DNA from: Octopus sinensis
Lineage: Eukaryota
Assembly (NCBI RefSeq): GCF_006345805.1
Contig: NC_043001.1
Span: forward strand, 71,858,001 to 71,922,000
Direction: 5' to 3'
Length of the DNA: 64,000 nt
Positions 58,225 through 64,000 of this stretch are shown piece by piece (position 1 is the stretch's first letter; each line of letters starts with the position of its first letter). Under the pieces are notes generated by a model. That model had not been told where the DNA came from. It worked only from the letters and a program-made list of their open reading frames with translations, and did no database searches. Both the position numbers and the translations under genes were made by a program.

Positions 58225-58703
58225 GCATGTGGTAATGTGGTAAGAAGTTTGCTTCCCGACCACATGGTTCCGGTTCACCCACTGCGTGACACCTTGAGCT
58301 TCTACTATAGCCTCGGGGGCCGACCAAATCCTTGTGAGTGTATTTGGCAGGCAGAAACTGAAAGAAGCCTGTTGTGTGTGTGTGTGTGTGTGTGTGCGTG
58401 TGTGTGTGTGTATGTGTGTGTGCGTGTGCGTGTGTGTGTGTGTGCGTGCGCGTGTGTGTGTGTGAGCGTGTGTGTGTGTGAGCGTGTGTGTGTGTGTGAG
58501 CGTGTGTGTGTGTGAGCGTGTGTGTGTGTGTGTACAACCAGTGCTGGCGTGTTTACGTCCCCGTAGCGGTTCAGCAAAATGACCGATAGAATAAGTACCA
58601 ATAATAAGTAAAATAATAAGTACAGGGGACGATTCGTTCGACTAAAATTCTTTAAGGCGATGCCCCAGCATGGTCGCGGTGTAATGATTGAAACAAGTAA
58701 AAG
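58225..58703 (+). mobile_element. SINE family A with long internal (GT)n
   Basis: Head GCATGTGGTAATGTGGTAAGAAGTTTGCTTCC..CCACATGGTTCCGGTTC; tail ATGATTGAAACAAGTAAAAGA. Confidence 0.88.
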
Positions 58704-58826
58704 AAAATTTTAAAATATTACATAGATCGGAAACTTTTCAAGGGACACAACTTTATATGATAAGGGAGAGAACTCAGCAATATTAGTAGGGGAGATAACA
58801 AGTGAAGGCGCTTACTGCAAAAATAC

Positions 58827-59343
58827 TACGGTAAATCCTTGAGTATAATCCGCATTTTTACCCCAAAATTTAACGGTCAAAATCCCTAGTGCGTACTATA
58901 TACGAGGTTAAAAATGAAAAATATTTTCTAAGCAATGTCCGAGTCTCTATTTGCTGTCCGGCAATGTTTATTCAGACGCATTTTGTGATATCGGACGCGA
59001 AATTACCTTAAGCTAAGCCTGAAAGCAATGAAGAATCATCCATAACTTGCAGTAAGCAACATTTATTAAAATAAAAGTATTCAGAACACAGAATAGCATG
59101 TAACAAAAACAATTTGCAAACATATTTGCATTCCCATATAACAGTTAAGAACATCACCATTATTGTATTACGCATGCGCGGAAGTGTTTGTTCGACTAGG
59201 TGCTGCTGGCTTAATTACGCACGACTCAAGTTAGAGAAGGGGTGAGTATTATACACAAGATTTAGGTTTTTCAGAGGTACAGCCCCCTAAAAATCCCCGG
59301 CGTATTATACTCAAGGGTGGGCTATACTCGAGGATTTACGGTA
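58827..59343. mobile_element. pogo/Tc2-like MITE (517 bp)
   Basis: ITRs TACGGTAAATCCTTGAGTATA / TATACTCGAGGATTTACGGTA with TA ends. Confidence 0.85.
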
Positions 59344-59574
59344 ATCGCAATTTTATAATAATATTCCGTTCTACAGAAGGCACGAAGCCTGAAATTTGTG
59401 GGGAGGGGACTAGTCGATTACATCAACCTCAATGTTTCACTGGTACTTAATTTATCGACTCTGAAAGCATAAAAAGCAATATCGAACACGGCGGAACACG
59501 AATACAGACGAAATGCCGCTAAGCATTTCGCCCGGAGTGCTTAACGGTTCCGCCAGCACGCTGTCATAAGTAAT

Positions 59575-59943
59575 ATTACCTCCGCCGTAGCGAAAGCGGA
59601 GGTATTGTTTTCAGTCATGTTTGTTTGTTTGTTTGTTTGTTTGTCCATGGACAAGATATCTCAAGAACCGCTGGATGGATTCGGATGAAGCTTTCAGGGA
59701 TGTTTGGCCTCCTGATTGGTACGAACTGATTAGATTTTGGGATTGATCCGATACCGGACAAGGATTCTGGATTATTTTCCCTGTTTTTATTTTTTTTACT
59801 TAATTTTTGTGAGAATATTCTCGTTTGTGAGAGCAGTTGAGTTTATTTCAGATATTCTCATTTTAAAAATCATCTCTAGCTAATCGTTGAGAGGACGTTG
59901 TGTTGCCTTGGCGGAGGTTTGTGATCTTAGAGTACCTTTGTTA
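59575..59943 (+). mobile_element. Helentron/DINE-like non-autonomous element
   Basis: Subterminal inverted repeats ACCTCCGCC / GGCGGAGGT, 5' palindrome CCTCCGC...GCGGAGG, internal (GTTT)n, T-rich ends. Confidence 0.7.
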
Positions 59944-60311
59944 TCATTATTGTGATTAATAAAGAAATCATTATTATTGTTGTTATCATAAAGAAAGTAT
60001 TATTTTTATTTTTATTATTATTGCCATCAAAATGGCACTGAGAAAAATATACGAAGCCCAGTTTACGCATCATGACTACCCGTCTGATAAGAGTACACCA
60101 GGTACATGCATCACAACCATAACCATACGTGTGCGACATGGTGATCTCATATCAAGATAAACAGCGCATGACCTTTCAGGTGAGGTCCATTTAGAATTTT
60201 CTTCAAGTCGAGTAGCCCCTCCCGCTCAGTGCTCAACTGGTACTTATTTTATCGAACCTGAAAGTATGAAAGATGACCACGGCGGAATTTCAACTCAGAA
60301 CGTAAAGATAT

Positions 60312-61625
60312 AATCTTTTCTTTATTGGCCACAAGGGCCGAACACAAAACAAAAAAGCCGATACAAAACAAGGGTTAAGTGTGGCTTAGCACAAAAACAC
60401 GTATAAACAATAAGAACAATTACAACAAAATTTAAACAATAGAATTCCCCCAAAACGAGTCCAGCAAAGAGCAACAAAGGGAACTCACACATCCTGGTCA
60501 CTCCGATCGCTAAAGGCACCCCAGGCAGGTACGCCTTTTCTCTTCATCCTCTCCGACCTACAGGTGCATGTTCAATGCAGGTGCATTCACACTGGCCATC
60601 CTCGCTACATTCACCCACCTTTCAACAAAAATATGGGGGGGGGCATTTTTCTCTCCACTCACACTTTCCTTTTCAAGTGGAACTTGAAAAAGTCTACGAG
60701 GAAAGTATCTGTCTTCAGTCCTTTCAAACTCATCCACCACATTGACTCTTTCGCCATAGCCACCTAGCAGAAGAAAACTGCCTGCCCTTTCCGGACAAAA
60801 GGAAGTGATGGAGAGCGATCCTCATGATGGACTCAACCGATAACCGGATTCAACCCACACGCAGCAAGTCACCCGGACACAGGGTGAGTATATGCAGAAT
60901 GGCTTCATCGTTCTGTGCCCATCTCGGACAGGTCCGTCAGACAGCACTTCAGTGCCTATAGAGTTGTCTCGAACTGGCAGCCCACGGGCAGCACTGCCAG
61001 GTCAGAGATTCGGGCCAGAGAGTCCTTCGGGAAAGACCAGCTAATTGATTTCCCCGACACCCAGACGTTTTCCCGATGACGCCGTCGCATTTGCCTGCCA
61101 CTAATCCCTTATAGAAGACAAATGTGAAACTTCCACCGACCGTATTGCGCAACAGGTAGAGGGCTGTGAGCGCTTGACGACATTTCATGTGCCAAGCACC
61201 CTTCTCGGTATACGCTTGATCCAGGACTGTAGCTCCGTCACTGAGACCAGCTGTGGAAAATCCTGTCTGACAAACTACACCTGCTCACCGTCGACGAAAC
61301 ACTGGAATTGTTGCAGCCTTAGCGCATGTCTGCACATCATTAGCCAAGGCATGCCCAGTCCTCCACACAGCGGCTGCTTATAGCGGAACGCATCCCTTCC
61401 ATAGATAGCGGAACAGCAAACGCTCTAGCTTGACCAGGAACGAAGGAGAGCAAGAGAAGACGGTCAGGTGGTAGTAGATGACGAATGTAATGTACGCATT
61501 CGCCACTTCCGTCCGACCCTTCAGGAACAGCTTTCTTTCTGTTCATTTCTGGGTGAGACTAGCCACCCTGCTCGTCACCTTCCCCTAGATCTTATCTGCC
61601 TGAAGGTCCAGACCAAACCAGGTCC
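60312..61625 (-). mobile_element. Tx1/L1-like LINE, 5'-truncated 3' portion of ORF2 plus 3' UTR
   Basis: Minus strand KVTSRVASLTQK..RKLFLKGRTEVANAYI...LERLLFRYLWKG...GLGMPWLM...LTWQCC...QLYRH...VAMAKESMWWMSLKGLKTDTF...RWVNVARM; 3' end CCCTTGTGGCCAATAAAGAAAA. Confidence 0.88.
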
Positions 61626-62844
61626 CGAGCAATTTAACCGGTGTTTCCGCTCAGTACCCTACGATGCTATCGGTCGGCATGGGGGATAAGTCGATTACAT
61701 CGACCTCAGTGTGTAACTGGTACTTTATTCAATCACCCCTGAAATGATGAAAGGCAAAGTCTACCCCGTCGGTATTTGAGCTCAGAGCACAAAGACGGAC
61801 AAAATGCCACTAACGATTCTGCCAGCTCGCCGCCTTCAGAAATGTAAAATAATCGTGTGGTCATTCTCACATTCATACACAGGCTACCGAATATTGAGTA
61901 CTACCAACAACGATTTAATAACCAAACCCACTAAAACTTCATCCAATAGGCCAATTCCTGTTATTCTCTAATGTTATTGCTTTGCCTTGGGTCCGCAACT
62001 TTTTGACGGAGTCTTATGGACGCTATTGTGATACACAGCTTGTTTTGGACACCTTTAGATGTAGAGGAGCCCATAACTGCTCCTCAATTGATGTGTACAA
62101 GCTGAGTATTCCACAGACGTCATTCTTGAGCAGAATCAGCATGGCCAGTCTGTACCTTTTGAATTACAGGTGCAATCCAGCCGATGGGCTTCAACACAGT
62201 TTCCATTAACCCAATTTCACTCGCAAGATATGGGTTGACACGAGGTTATAGAAAATCACATTTGAACAAAATACCACGCAACGAGATCGACCCCAATACT
62301 TAGTGGCTGCGAAGCGAACTTCTTAACCATTACGCCATACTGCAATCTACACACTGGCATTATCATCATCATTATCTCTATCACTACTGTCATCATCACC
62401 AACACTAATCATCAACTTCATTATCACCATCACCATCTATTTATTGTCTAGTTTTCTATGTTAGCGTAGGTCGAACATGTCTGCTACGCGTGCAGATGAG
62501 AATAACTACACACACGTCAATATGTACACACACAACTCAAGTGTGCTCATACACAATTCGTGTGTGAATACAGATTCTTAAAAAAAAATTTAGGATTTCA
62601 ATTCTTTTGCTACTCTCAATCATTAGATTGCGCCTGTGCTGGAGTATCCCTCAAGGGGTTTTTGTTTGTTTGTTTTCTTAATTCATTTCATCATTCAGCT
62701 AACAAGAATACTGAAAACTTTGGTGCAAGGGGAGATAACTCTGCCTCACATAAACATCACAGGTCATTTCTTTGAATTTATTAGATAGCAGTGAATGCGT
62801 GAGTATAAGTGTTCGAGAGAGATGGTGAGAGAAAGAGATGGGGG

Positions 62845-62939
<95 letters not shown>

Positions 62940-63130
62940 GCACGTAGCCTAATGGTTAGGGCGTTGCACTCACGATCGCAAGATCGTGGTTTCGATTCCC
63001 AAACTAGTGTTGCATTGTGTTCTTGGGCAAGATACTTCGTTTTACGTTGTTTTAGTTCACTTACCGGCAAATGGGTTACCCTGCGAGACGGACTGACGTT
63101 CCGTTCAGGGGTAATGTTGGCCTGCCTTTC
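62940..63130 (+). mobile_element. tRNA-derived SINE (family C) after a (GA)n/(GACA)n tract
   Basis: GCACGTAGCCTAATGGTTAGGGCG...GGTTTCGATTCCC...GTTCTTGGGCAAGATAC. Confidence 0.75.
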
Positions 63131-64000
63131 TTCCCTGTTGTTTAATCTCAAACAAAAGCTAAAATAATGCGAGGAAGCGTATTGTGACCAGCGGTGTCTA
63201 ACATCCGATAATCTGATCGATAAAAAAGATAGTGATGTTTAATAGCACAAGGCCAATACTTTCAAGCAGAGGATCTTAGTTGACAGTATTTAACTACAGT
63301 ATTTTATTGACACCAGAGGAACGAAAACCAAAGTTGACCCACGTGGGATTTGAACTCAGAATGTAATGAGTAAAAAGAAACACCAGAAGGTATTTTGTTC
63401 ATCACAAATAATTCTGCCAATCGGCTACATTTTCATCAATAAATGTTTCTAAATTTGTCTCAAAATTTTGGAGATGGTCATCAAACCTAGTATTTAATTT
63501 GGTACTTTATTTTATCAACCCTGGAGGAACAAAAAGGAAAGTTACCTTGGCAAGATTTGACTCATAAAATAAAGAACTGAAATAAATATTAAATGACATT
63601 TTGTTCAATGCACCAATGAATACTAATCCACTGTAATTGTGTCCATAAATAAATGGTTTCTAATTTAGGACATGGTTGGTAATCTTGAGGGAAAGGAGAG
63701 TACTCAGTACCACTGACTCCATGCCAGTGTAACATAAAATGCACTCGTGCCAGTGACATCTATATAAACCCATGCCAGCATCGAAAACGGACATTAAACA
63801 ATAAAGATGATGATGATCTGAAAAGGATAAAAACCAAATGACTGCAACTAGATTTGAACTCAGAACATCGGGAATGGGAAGAAATACTGCTAAAGTATTT
63901 TGTCACACTTGCTAACAATTCTGTCATTTCATCACCTTAATTGTTTCAAATCTTAGCCAGCAATTTTAACCCTTTCGTTATCAACCCGGCTGAAACCATT

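Overview
This is AT-rich, microsatellite-dense animal genomic DNA. The SINE families and repeat landscape look like those of Octopus, but that assignment is my inference and should be checked by BLAST. I find no supportable host protein-coding gene, tRNA gene, rRNA gene or CRISPR array. Most ORFs in the track are translations of simple repeats. The recognisable coding remnants all come from mobile elements. DNA transposons: a Chapaev3/CMC-like transposase, mariner-type elements (DD34D-like and DD37D-like), a Tigger/pogo derivative, hAT and pogo-like MITEs, and Helitron/Helentron non-autonomous elements. Non-LTR retroelements: an R4/Dong-like 3' end, two Tx1/L1-like 3' fragments and three RTE-type fragments. 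There are also dozens of tRNA-derived SINEs and several Penelope-like fragments carrying hammerhead-ribozyme cores. The most unusual signals are: (1) a hammerhead at 53437-53498 whose three strands appear in non-circularly permuted order; (2) an open 289-codon chimera of a 69% GC leader fused to an RTE 3' end with three C2H2 fingers; (3) a tandem pair of composite Helitrons at 44.1-52.9 kb with local inverted duplications and an RTE fragment replacing about 1.8 kb; (4) three SINEs stacked at one re-duplicated target site; (5) a SINE carrying the 3' tail of a Tx1-like LINE. All pairings, alignments and counts were done by eye. Family names rest on remembered motifs, not database searches.
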